64,000 nucleotides of DNA from a virus: positions 21,225 to 85,224 of the IMG/VR virus record IMGVR_UViG_3300048597_000624. One strand, given 5' to 3'. The stretch's first letter is position 1. Each line of letters opens with the position of its first letter. Made by a program: the position numbers and the translations under genes. The notes below the pieces were generated by a model that was not told where the DNA came from, ran no database searches, and saw nothing but the letters and a program-made list of their open reading frames with translations. Positions 19,113 to 27,500 of this stretch are shown here, piece after piece.

Positions 19113-19442
19113 TTACTGAACCCTCGTATCACGCGTCTCGTTCAGACGGGCATGAGTCTCCGCCATTGCGTAGAGCGCGGCTCCCTCGTCGTCCGATTCC
19201 GCCATGGCGCAGAACACAGCTTCGCTCAGCATGTCACTGCCATGCGACTTGAACGCCTCTACGATGCGCTGGCGGGCTCGGATTTCGGCTCGGCTTCGGT
19301 TGAGCCAGAATCCGACGACTCGTTCGTAGCCCCCTCCTGCGTCGTCTCCGTCAACTCCGCCGATGCCTCCTGGGAAGCATCCGCCGGCGACGTCAAAGCC
19401 GTAACAGACGGCGAGGTCAGAGTCTGGCTGGTACTTTTTTTT
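19113..19442 (-). CDS. -1 frameshift extension (gpGT-like) of tail assembly chaperone
   Basis: CTA AAA AAA AGT slippery run at 19435-19442; -1 frame is open (KKYQPDSDLAVCYGFD...) until 19113, abutting the next start. Confidence 0.7.
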   Translation of the reverse strand, partial: KKKYQPDSDLAVCYGFDVAGGCFPGGIGGVDGDDAGGGYERVVGFWLNRSRAEIRARQRIVEAFKSHGSDMLSEAVFCAMAESDDEGAALYAMAETHARLNETRDTRVQ

Positions 19443-19768
19443 AGCCCCGCCAAGTACTCCATAAAGTCGACGAACAGTTGGACGGTTTCGCTTTCGGTCG
19501 CGCCATGCTGCGTACCGTCGGCGTCTTCCGTCCATTCCTTTAGACCGAAGATATCCCGCATGGCGACGATCAGGCGGCTCTGGGCTTCGAGGTCGCCGGC
19601 ATCGATCAATGCCGGATCCGACGTCAGATTGAACGAGTTGTGCATCCCCAGCTTGCGGTGGGCAGCAATCGGATCGATCGCGCGATTGATTTCTCCCGGC
19701 TTCTCTCCGTCGCTGTATCGAAAGATTTCCCGGGTTGGTTTGTTGTCCGTCATGGTCCCGCTGTACAT
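19259..19768 (-). CDS. Tail assembly chaperone (gpG-like)
   Basis: Between tail tube and tape-measure genes; contains A8 slippery site. Confidence 0.72.
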   Translation of the reverse strand: MYSGTMTDNKPTREIFRYSDGEKPGEINRAIDPIAAHRKLGMHNSFNLTSDPALIDAGDLEAQSRLIVAMRDIFGLKEWTEDADGTQHGATESETVQLFVDFMEYLAGLKKSTSQTLTSPSVTALTSPADASQEASAELTETTQEGATNESSDSGSTEAEPKSEPASAS

Positions 19769-19795
19769 GGATAGCGCCTTTCCATCTCTTCAAAA

Positions 19796-20278
19796 CTAGG
19801 AAGTCACTGCGTTTCGAAGCACTCCCGAACCGTTCTTGTGGGCTTCGAACTCGCAGACGAACCGAGAATATTTGGTACCCCGATTGCAGTTGATTGCTCC
19901 GCGCACAAACACCCGCGGGTAGTTTCGCGGAAGCAGCGTGGACGCGATCAGCAAGCGAATCGTCTTGCTGTCCTGGAACATGAGCGTGCCTGGAGTGCCA
20001 GGGGTGCCGGCCGTTCCGCCAGCCAGGCGAGCTTCCACCTTGGCGGCAACCGTAGAATCCCACTTGGTGAGCTCCATGCGGATGCGGGCAATTTCCCCCA
20101 GGTACTGGACGTCGATCGGCGGGCCATCATCGCCGCCGTGCTGGTCGCCAGGGACGTCGAGGAAAAAGCCCTCTTCGTCGATGACGATGCCGTTGTCGGA
20201 GTAGCCGAGATCTTCCAGGCCGGCTCCAGCGTCGATACGGACCAGAGCCGGGCCGGGAACGATGACTGCAAGTGCCAT
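19796..20278 (-). CDS. Major tail (tube) protein
   Basis: 160 aa, LGYSDNGIVI pattern, beta-rich, canonical position. Confidence 0.7.
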   Translation of the reverse strand: MALAVIVPGPALVRIDAGAGLEDLGYSDNGIVIDEEGFFLDVPGDQHGGDDGPPIDVQYLGEIARIRMELTKWDSTVAAKVEARLAGGTAGTPGTPGTLMFQDSKTIRLLIASTLLPRNYPRVFVRGAINCNRGTKYSRFVCEFEAHKNGSGVLRNAVTS

Positions 20279-20296
20279 GGCTTAAATCCCTCTCGT

Positions 20297-20803
20297 TCAA
20301 CCAGCCGACAGCGGCGACGGACGCCGCGCGGGGTAAAAGTTTCGGACGTTGTCGCGAAGTAAGTTCTGGTTCCGCACCGCCGATATCGAGGGCGTCAGCG
20401 CCTTGGGCAGGGCCGCGTCCTGCTGCGGTTCGAGGTTGAAGACATTCCGCCCCCGGCGCAAATCCTCGAGGTGGGCCTCGGCACGATCCATCGCCGCGAC
20501 TCGCGCTTCGCTGGCTCCATCCGGGCGCCGCTCCATGAGCATCCCCATGGCGACTTCGCAGGTGATGCGCTTCAGATACGCCTGCGAGTTGTCGGTGAGG
20601 CTCGACAAGTCCGCGACCGTGTACCGCTTGCCGACCAGCAGCGCCGCTTCGATACGGCCGCTGGCGTCTTCGAGAATCGCGAGCAGCCGATCGTCGGTTG
20701 CCAGGTCAACTTCCTCGACTCGCGTACCGTCCCCGACCAAGTCGCCGATCTCGCGACTATCGAACCGGACGATCATGTCGGCGGGGTCGGCGTAAGAGGC
20801 CAT
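20297..20803 (-). CDS. Head-tail adaptor, Mu gp36/DUF1320-like
   Basis: Start MASYADPADM..RF; LEDASGRIEAAL..RY; LKRITCEVA motifs. Confidence 0.75.
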   Translation of the reverse strand: MASYADPADMIVRFDSREIGDLVGDGTRVEEVDLATDDRLLAILEDASGRIEAALLVGKRYTVADLSSLTDNSQAYLKRITCEVAMGMLMERRPDGASEARVAAMDRAEAHLEDLRRGRNVFNLEPQQDAALPKALTPSISAVRNQNLLRDNVRNFYPARRPSPLSAG

Positions 20804-20817
20804 ATCAACCAGCGAGT

Positions 20818-20864
20818 AAAAGAGAGAAGCTCTGGCGGGCGTGTTCGGCGCCACCCGCCAGAGC
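20818..20864 (-). terminator. Terminator after capsid gene
   Basis: GCTCTGGCGGG...CCCGCCAGAGC stem followed by TTCTCTCTTTT. Confidence 0.6.
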
Positions 20865-20891
20865 AAGCGAGCCAGCAAACATCAAGACGGA

Positions 20892-21941
20892 TCAGTCGCA
20901 GGCACCGGTGAACAAGAACCCAGTGACGGGAGCCGTCACGATGGTGTCGTAGTTCTCGGTGATGCGACCCTTGGTGCGGCGGTTGTCGGGGTCGTCCTTC
21001 GTCTCGATCGTCATCTCCTCTTTCATGAAGATGGTGATCGTCGAGAACGAGGGAGCGCCTTCCACACCAACCAGTCCGCCCGGTCGAGCGCACATGAACG
21101 GCGTTGTGTCAGGCAGCACGAAACCGCGGCTGGTGGTCGCACCCTTTTGCGTCGAAACGCGAACGGTCTTTTCGACCACAAGCGGGAAGCCATACAGCTT
21201 GTCCGGGAGTCCGAACATCGAATTGCCGCCGGCCAACTCGCCGCGGATTTGCGGGAGAGCGTCCGGGCTGCCCTTGATGTGGTCAACGATCTCTTGCGCG
21301 ACCGCCAGCTTGCGGGCCAAGCCCGGGCTGATGACGACAACCAAATCGTTGATGTCGATCGCGGCCAGCGTGTCCTTGAGGATCAACTCGGCCGCGTGAT
21401 TCAGCGACCGCTTGATCGACTGGGCCGCCGTGGTCGAGACGTCCCACTTGGTCGACACGCCGGTGATCGAACCGCCGGTCACAGCGCTCACGTGTGTCGA
21501 ATCGTAGTTGCCGGAGGTCGTCGCAGCGGTGATCGCTCGCAACGTGCGGGCGGTCATCATCCGTTGGGCGTGGATCCGGCTGTGGGCCGCGATGATGTCC
21601 CACGTCGCCTGTTCGGACGTCAAGTAGCCGATATTGAACCCGGTCGCGATGCGTTTCGCAGCGTAGGCCAGGTATTCGTGCGACTCGGTGCCGTCGTTGA
21701 AATCCGGCGACTCGTTTCCGTCCGGCCATTGCAGGTCGGCCAGATTGGAGTTGACCAGGCGGCCAGCCTGTTCGACCGTCATTTTCATGTAATAGCCGAC
21801 CATCTTGTCGACTGGGACGATTTGGGCGTATCGATTGACCGCGAAATCCTTAACATTCCGCGAGAAATCGACGACCATTTTTCCACTCGCTTCGTGCGAG
21901 GGGACGTAGGTGTTGTTTGCGCCTGGAAGTGTGGCTGCCAC
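20892..21941 (-). CDS. Major capsid protein
   Basis: 349 aa, follows protease/scaffold and decoration genes; GGAG SD plus GTG start. Confidence 0.8.
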   Translation of the reverse strand: MAATLPGANNTYVPSHEASGKMVVDFSRNVKDFAVNRYAQIVPVDKMVGYYMKMTVEQAGRLVNSNLADLQWPDGNESPDFNDGTESHEYLAYAAKRIATGFNIGYLTSEQATWDIIAAHSRIHAQRMMTARTLRAITAATTSGNYDSTHVSAVTGGSITGVSTKWDVSTTAAQSIKRSLNHAAELILKDTLAAIDINDLVVVISPGLARKLAVAQEIVDHIKGSPDALPQIRGELAGGNSMFGLPDKLYGFPLVVEKTVRVSTQKGATTSRGFVLPDTTPFMCARPGGLVGVEGAPSFSTITIFMKEEMTIETKDDPDNRRTKGRITENYDTIVTAPVTGFLFTGACD

Positions 21942-22095
21942 GGCTCATCTCCAGACCCTTCCGTCATGGTCGCTTCCGTCGTCATGTGCTATGTGCGTCT
22001 TCGCCCAGGACGGAGCCGGGCTTTTCGGGGGCCAGCCTAGACGCACTAGTTCGGTAAAAACTGTTCGGTGTGAATCGGTTGATTTGGTTGATGGA

Positions 22096-22515
22096 TTACG
22101 ACAAGGCAGGGATGAACTTGAAGATCACGATTTGCACGAGGATCTTGTTGCCCGATGCCCCGGCCGACAGTGCGATCGCACCGACGTGCTGCATGGTCGT
22201 GCCGGTGGTTGCCGCAGCAACGCCCTTGCCGTCCGCATCGGACTTGAGGTAGTCGCCGGCCACGACGTCGCCACCCAGTTCGAGCGGGCAAACGTCACCC
22301 AGGAAGTAACCCTTGAGCGCTTCGCCGGAAGCGGCCGCGTCAGCACCTGCCCCGGGAATCGGAGCGTCCTGCGCGGCTTCGCTCGAAATGCCGATGACCG
22401 GTTCGTTCGCATCGCTCTCCAGCAGCGTGTGATTCGCCGAAGTCGAATGCTTCATGAACCGGGAAGGATTGATCGTTCCGCCGGCGAGGAACGCAGGAGC
22501 AGCAGCACGAGCCAT
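22096..22515 (-). CDS. Capsid cement/decoration protein (DUF2190-like)
   Basis: GGDVVAGDYLKSDADGKGV..VGAIAL..GASG pattern. Confidence 0.72.
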   Translation of the reverse strand: MARAAAPAFLAGGTINPSRFMKHSTSANHTLLESDANEPVIGISSEAAQDAPIPGAGADAAASGEALKGYFLGDVCPLELGGDVVAGDYLKSDADGKGVAAATTGTTMQHVGAIALSAGASGNKILVQIVIFKFIPALS

Positions 22516-22532
22516 GATTTTGTCCTTTGCCT

Positions 22533-22590
22533 AACGAAAAAAGCCCGCGACTCGTTTACTGAGGTCGCGGGCCCGGTTGTTCCGACACCC
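22533..22590 (-). promoter_or_regulatory. Repeated attenuator element, copy B
   Basis: GGGTGTCGGAACAACCGGGCCCGCGAC...GTCGCGGGCTTTTTTCGTT. Confidence 0.8.
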
Positions 22591-22634
22591 AATTAAGTTG
22601 TAAGAGCCGGCTCTTTCGCCGGCGGAATCAGCGA

Positions 22635-24008
22635 TCAGGCTTTCGCGAGGGCGGCCTCGTAGGAAATGCCTTCGGATTGAGCGATGTTGACCGCCCGCTT
22701 CGCGCGAGCCTCGGCGTCGGCATCGCTTTGCCCCGTCTTGATCGGGGGTCCGGAGTAAACCCGACGTTCGACCGGGATGCGTTGATACCGCTCCTTGATT
22801 CGCGCTTCGTGCTTCTCGAATTGATCGTCGCTCAGTTCGATCGTCTCTTCGAGCTCGGCGGAGACGTCGAGCATGTGAGTCTTGGCCAGTTCGTCCAATC
22901 GCGAGTAGCGAACGCTGCGACGGTTCTCGCGTTCGAGCGCCGCGACACGCTGTTCGAGCACCTTGTTTTCACCGTCTTTCATGGCGTACTTCCTTTTCAA
23001 ATCGACGTTTTCGCGGCGGTATTTCTCGGCCACGGTCGCGCTCGCCTTGCCATCGACGTCATCTTCGACGGAGCCGGCGGCTCGCTCGTAGAACTCTTTG
23101 GACTTGGGGTCATCCCCTTCGCACATCGCTCGCTTGAGCTTGGTGCGGTCTTCGTCGCCCAGGATGCCCAGGAAGTCCTTGGCGCCCTTGTCGTCGCCGT
23201 CTTCCTGATATTTGCGGAAGGCTTCGACGTTGGTGTCGTCGTCGGCAAGTGGAGCGGCACCCAGCCCAGCCGCATCCGCTTGGGGAACGGTCGGCGCGGG
23301 GCCAGTCTCTTCGGCCATCTTCGAAGCCGCCCACTGAAAGACGTCGGTTTGTTGAATTGCGTTCACAACCTGCTGGATGTCTTCCGGCGTGAGAGCCATT
23401 TTGCGCTTCTCCTGAGTGGTGCCATCGGTCGGTACGAAGACGTTCGCACCACCAGGCGCGACGGCGGCATATTTGCGGACTTGGCGTCCCTTTTCGAGAC
23501 GTCGGTAGTGCAGGCCGGGCGGCAACCCCAGGTCGAGGCGGGGCGTCTCGCCGGCCAGTAGTGAAATCGGGTCGATGAATCGGTCGTGCAAGTTCTCTTC
23601 CGCCCAGACTTCGACGCTTCGGCGGGGATACTTGCGGATGACGTCGGCGCGATCCTTGAAGATTCGGAAGCGGGCGAAGATTGCCGCGCGAGGTCGTTTC
23701 CGGCCAAGGCGCCCCAGTTTGAACGGGCCAGCAAACCCAACCACTTCAGGATCTCGATCCTCTTCACCGGGATTGGGAGTGTGCCGCAGAATGATTGGCA
23801 CATAATCGCCGGTGTCTTCGATCCGCAGGTTGTTGTTGTGGCACATCGATTCGAGCACCGGCAGGTCGTACACCTCGTCTTCGCCCTCGAAAGCCGTGAC
23901 GTGCTCGGCGAAAACCGCGACGTCGTCCAGCACGATGAATTGCGATTCGTCCAGCGGTGCGCTGGAGAAGTCAATTTCGGCCGGGGCTTCGAGAGTGGCT
24001 GTTGCCAT
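22635..24008 (-). CDS. Prohead protease/scaffold (Mu gpI/Z-like); probable nested scaffold start at 23399
   Basis: PIILRH...YPRRSVE...ISLL..TP protease pattern, coiled-coil C-terminus; internal AGGAG-n8-ATG (MALTPEDI) in frame. Confidence 0.75.
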   Translation of the reverse strand: MATATLEAPAEIDFSSAPLDESQFIVLDDVAVFAEHVTAFEGEDEVYDLPVLESMCHNNNLRIEDTGDYVPIILRHTPNPGEEDRDPEVVGFAGPFKLGRLGRKRPRAAIFARFRIFKDRADVIRKYPRRSVEVWAEENLHDRFIDPISLLAGETPRLDLGLPPGLHYRRLEKGRQVRKYAAVAPGGANVFVPTDGTTQEKRKMALTPEDIQQVVNAIQQTDVFQWAASKMAEETGPAPTVPQADAAGLGAAPLADDDTNVEAFRKYQEDGDDKGAKDFLGILGDEDRTKLKRAMCEGDDPKSKEFYERAAGSVEDDVDGKASATVAEKYRRENVDLKRKYAMKDGENKVLEQRVAALERENRRSVRYSRLDELAKTHMLDVSAELEETIELSDDQFEKHEARIKERYQRIPVERRVYSGPPIKTGQSDADAEARAKRAVNIAQSEGISYEAALAKA

Positions 24009-24019
24009 GCGAGGTAACC

Positions 24020-24077
24020 AACAAAAAAAGGCCCGCGATTCCATTTTGGAGTCGCGGGCCCGGTTGTTCCGACACCC
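24020..24077 (-). promoter_or_regulatory. Repeated attenuator element, copy C
   Basis: GGGTGTCGGAACAACCGGGCCCGCGA...TCGCGGGCCTTTTTTTGTT. Confidence 0.8.
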
Positions 24078-24090
24078 AATCGCTTTGTTC

Positions 24091-24318
24091 TTACTTCAAC
24101 GATTCTGAGTTGGTTGCGTGGACGACTTCGATCAGCCCGTTGTCCACGCACAGCTCGACGTTGACGCGGCCATAATAGCCACGTCTTAAAACGTCCGTCA
24201 ATAGATTCTTCAACCGCGAGTTGGCTAACGCCAGCATCCTCTGGTTCTTCTCGAAGTCCACCGTAGGGACTTCAGGCGACGTCGTTGTACCACTCAAATC
24301 AGAATTCTCCTCGGTCAA
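24091..24318 (-). CDS. Small DUF2292/YezD-like protein
   Basis: helix-YYGRVNVELCVDNGLIEVV..SESLK matches the helix-(Y/F)G-beta-DG-beta pattern. Confidence 0.5.
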   Translation of the reverse strand: MTEENSDLSGTTTSPEVPTVDFEKNQRMLALANSRLKNLLTDVLRRGYYGRVNVELCVDNGLIEVVHATNSESLK

Positions 24319-24523
24319 AAGCCGTCCCGGCCGGCCGAGTTTACTTAGGATGTTTTGCGGTTCTTCCGCTTCACTGTGCTCGCGTTGACCTTGGCTGCCT
24401 GCGCCTTGGAAGCCTTGGACTTGCGGCGGTACGTCTCTTTCTCGCTGGGCTTGGTCATTACCGCATCGCCCATGAAGCCTGGTCCACGGATCGGCGTATC
24501 GAAGATCTCAGGTAGATCGGCCA

Positions 24524-27500
24524 TCAGACCAGCCCTTTATCGCGCCAATACTGGAAGCACTTGGGGTAGTTCGCTTCGGCCTTTTCTCGATCGAGAAAAA
24601 GTAGCCGTCCAAACTCTGCCCAGCCTTCTTGGGCGTCGGTTTTAGCATACTTCGACAAGGGAGTGCTGGGCAAGTTAATCTCTTCCTGCCAATTTTTCTT
24701 CCACTCAGGCGTGTAATCGAAGTCGTGGCCGCCGATGGCATGAGCCAATTCGTGGGCATGCGTGCCGGCCGCGGTGATGTCCGAACCGGGATCTGCAGTT
24801 CCGACGCGCTCCCCTGTGTCTTCGCCTCCGTCCAGGCAAAGCGTTCCGTTGAGATCCTCATGCGTCGGCTTGCCTGTCGAACGGTAAATCGGGTAGGCAA
24901 AGAATCCCATCACGGTTGCTCCGCGCGGGATACGCGAACCGCGGCGGCGGGCCTCGGCTGTGACGCCGCTAACGCTCGGCTTCCACTGGACGCTGGAAAC
25001 GAACCGGTCGACACGTCGCAAGCACTCGCCATTCATGCCGTCGATCGCGCGCGAGATTGCCGCCCGGTAGGCTTGCTGCTTGTCCTTGGAGAGCCGCTTA
25101 AGCTGCTCCGGCATGTCTTTGAGAAGCTTGGCGCGAACCGACTCGCGCGCGGCGTGTAATTCGCTTTCCGCAGAATCGTCGGCGGTGGATTCCTTCGCGG
25201 CAGCCGCCGGCGTCGAACTCGATTCGCTGCTGCTGCTACCGCTGCCGGCGCTCTCCTTCTCGACGAACTTCCCTTCATCGTCGCGCGGATGCTTGGACTC
25301 GAAATCAAGGCCCTTTTGCGTCCCGCTGTTGGCCTGCGGATCGTCGTCGAACAGTCGCGTTTGACGAGCATACTTCCGCAAGAATCGGCGCGTGCGGGCA
25401 AACGGCACCGACTCGATTGCGTCATCCCGCGCCGGAACATACTTGCCGGCCTGATGAGCCAGATCGACCGCTTCCGATAAAACTTCGTTCGACCAGCGCG
25501 CGGGCGGCTCGATTCGGCCTTCGCCGAGCATGTCCCACACTCGTTCGCCGAGATCTTCGGAGTATCCTTCCGCGTGGTTACCCAGGCCGAGTTCCGGCAG
25601 CGAGGCGGCAACCGACGTCGCCTTGACGTCGAACCCAGGAATTGCCGTGTAGTCCTTGCCGGCGTTCGACAGCCGCGCGAAGTCGTTGCGGGTGAGCCCC
25701 ATGATCTCGCGCAACTGCATCTTGGCGTGCTCGCGGTCCGTGATGGCTTGCCGCTTCTCTTCCCAGACGAAGTCGACAGCATCGCGCAGAGTAGCGGCAT
25801 CGAGGTTGTGCTCTTCGGCCAATGCGGAGATTGCTTGGCCCAATCGGCCTTCGGACGTTCGCTTGGGCTTGGGCTGTTTTGCCGGTTGCTGCTGCGACTG
25901 GGGCTGAGACTTGGGCTCACCACCTGGTGGCAGTCCGGCGGCCGACTCGAGTTCGCGGACCGACGCCTCTTGCTTGGGCAGCAGTTCGTCCGGTGGGTTC
26001 TGTCCGGCTTGTCGCCATGCGCGGCGAATCGCCTCTTTCGACTGCTCCAGTTCCGCTCGCGCGCGACGGGCGGCGTCGGCCTTGGCGGGATCTGGCTGCG
26101 TTGGTGCATCGATTTCGGTTTCAACAGGGGATTCCATCTGCTCGCCCGTCTCGGGCTGCTCCTGCGGCGTCGGCTCCTCATCGCCAACCATGTCGATGTC
26201 ATCCCAGGCGTCGGGATAGCCTTCGTGGTCGTCGTCCTCCCGGTGCGGAGTGGCATGACCCGGGGCGTCCACAATGCCGACGCGATGCCCGCGGTTGACC
26301 AGCGTATTGAGGTGGCCCTCTAAATCCGCCTGCTTGATGACCGCATGCTTCCCGTTGCCCAATTCGAGGTGCTCATTGAGTCGAGCGGCGCCAGCACCGA
26401 AGGCGTGATAGTCACCGTTTTCGTTGACCAGCAAAATCGTTCCCGCGGGGGCCATCTCGAGGGCGCGATCGTGGGCCTCCCGCAACACGCTGTCGCGATG
26501 ATCTTCGTGGGCGTCTTGCTTGCGGGCTCGCCGTGCGCGAGATTCGTCCGATTCGTCGCGCAGGTCGTCAACGTCTTCGCCCTCCAGGCCCGGGCAGCCG
26601 GCGTGAATGTGGCCATCTTCGCCGACGAGGGCAGGGGCGCCGCCGACGGTTTTCCACTGGGCACCCTTGGGCTCTGGATCGGGCTCAGCGCGGTAGACGC
26701 GGCGACCTTCTTTGTTTCGACGATGTTTGAGCTTTTCGGGCAAATCTTCGGCAAGCTTCTCGATTTGCTGTCGGAGATCGGGTGGTGTTGTCGCGTCGTC
26801 GAGCTTGGCAAGGCTATCGAGGCTTAGCCACCAGTGATAGTCGTGCTCCTTGGGGTTGGTGTCGACGTTTGACGACGAACCGGCGGCCACTTGCGCCCGA
26901 TACATGACCCCAGATTTGCCGTTGCGAGTTTCAAACGGAACCTCCCCTGGAAGAAACTCGATCGATAACCCCGTTTCCTCTTCCACTTCGCGCGCGGCGG
27001 CCTTGCGCGGATCCTCGCCGTCACGACGATGGCCGGCAGGGCACTCCCATTCGCCCGTGCGGGTGCTGGCTTCCGATCGGCGGACCAGCAAAACCTTGCC
27101 GTCGTGGATGATGGCTGTGGCGACGATGTCCGGATCGTCATCCTCCACGATGATCGACTCGGCATCGTCACGCTTGGCATACTGCCGCGGCGTCGCTCCA
27201 CCTGCGGGCCCGTACATGCGAAGCTGCAATCCGCCATCGGCGGCGGCTGCCTTCTGCTTGTCGCCTTCAGGCCCATCGTCATCCGGTTTATCCGGATCAT
27301 CATCGGGGTCGTCGTCCACCTCGGGTCCGTCTTCGCCCGGTCCCTCATCATCGTCGCCGCCGGCCAGTGGATTCTGCGGAAACGCCACGGTCGAGCGAGA
27401 GCCAGGCAGGTTGTCGCCCGGCTGGCCCGGCTGCCCCGGTTGTTGGCCCGGCATGCCCGGCAATCCCAGCCCCATTCCGGCGCCCTGCGAGAACGTGGGG

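Noticed and set aside
19113-20063. 316-aa ORF as an independent gene
   Set aside because: The 5' two-thirds overlap the tail tube and chaperone genes out of frame; only the part after the slippery site is credible
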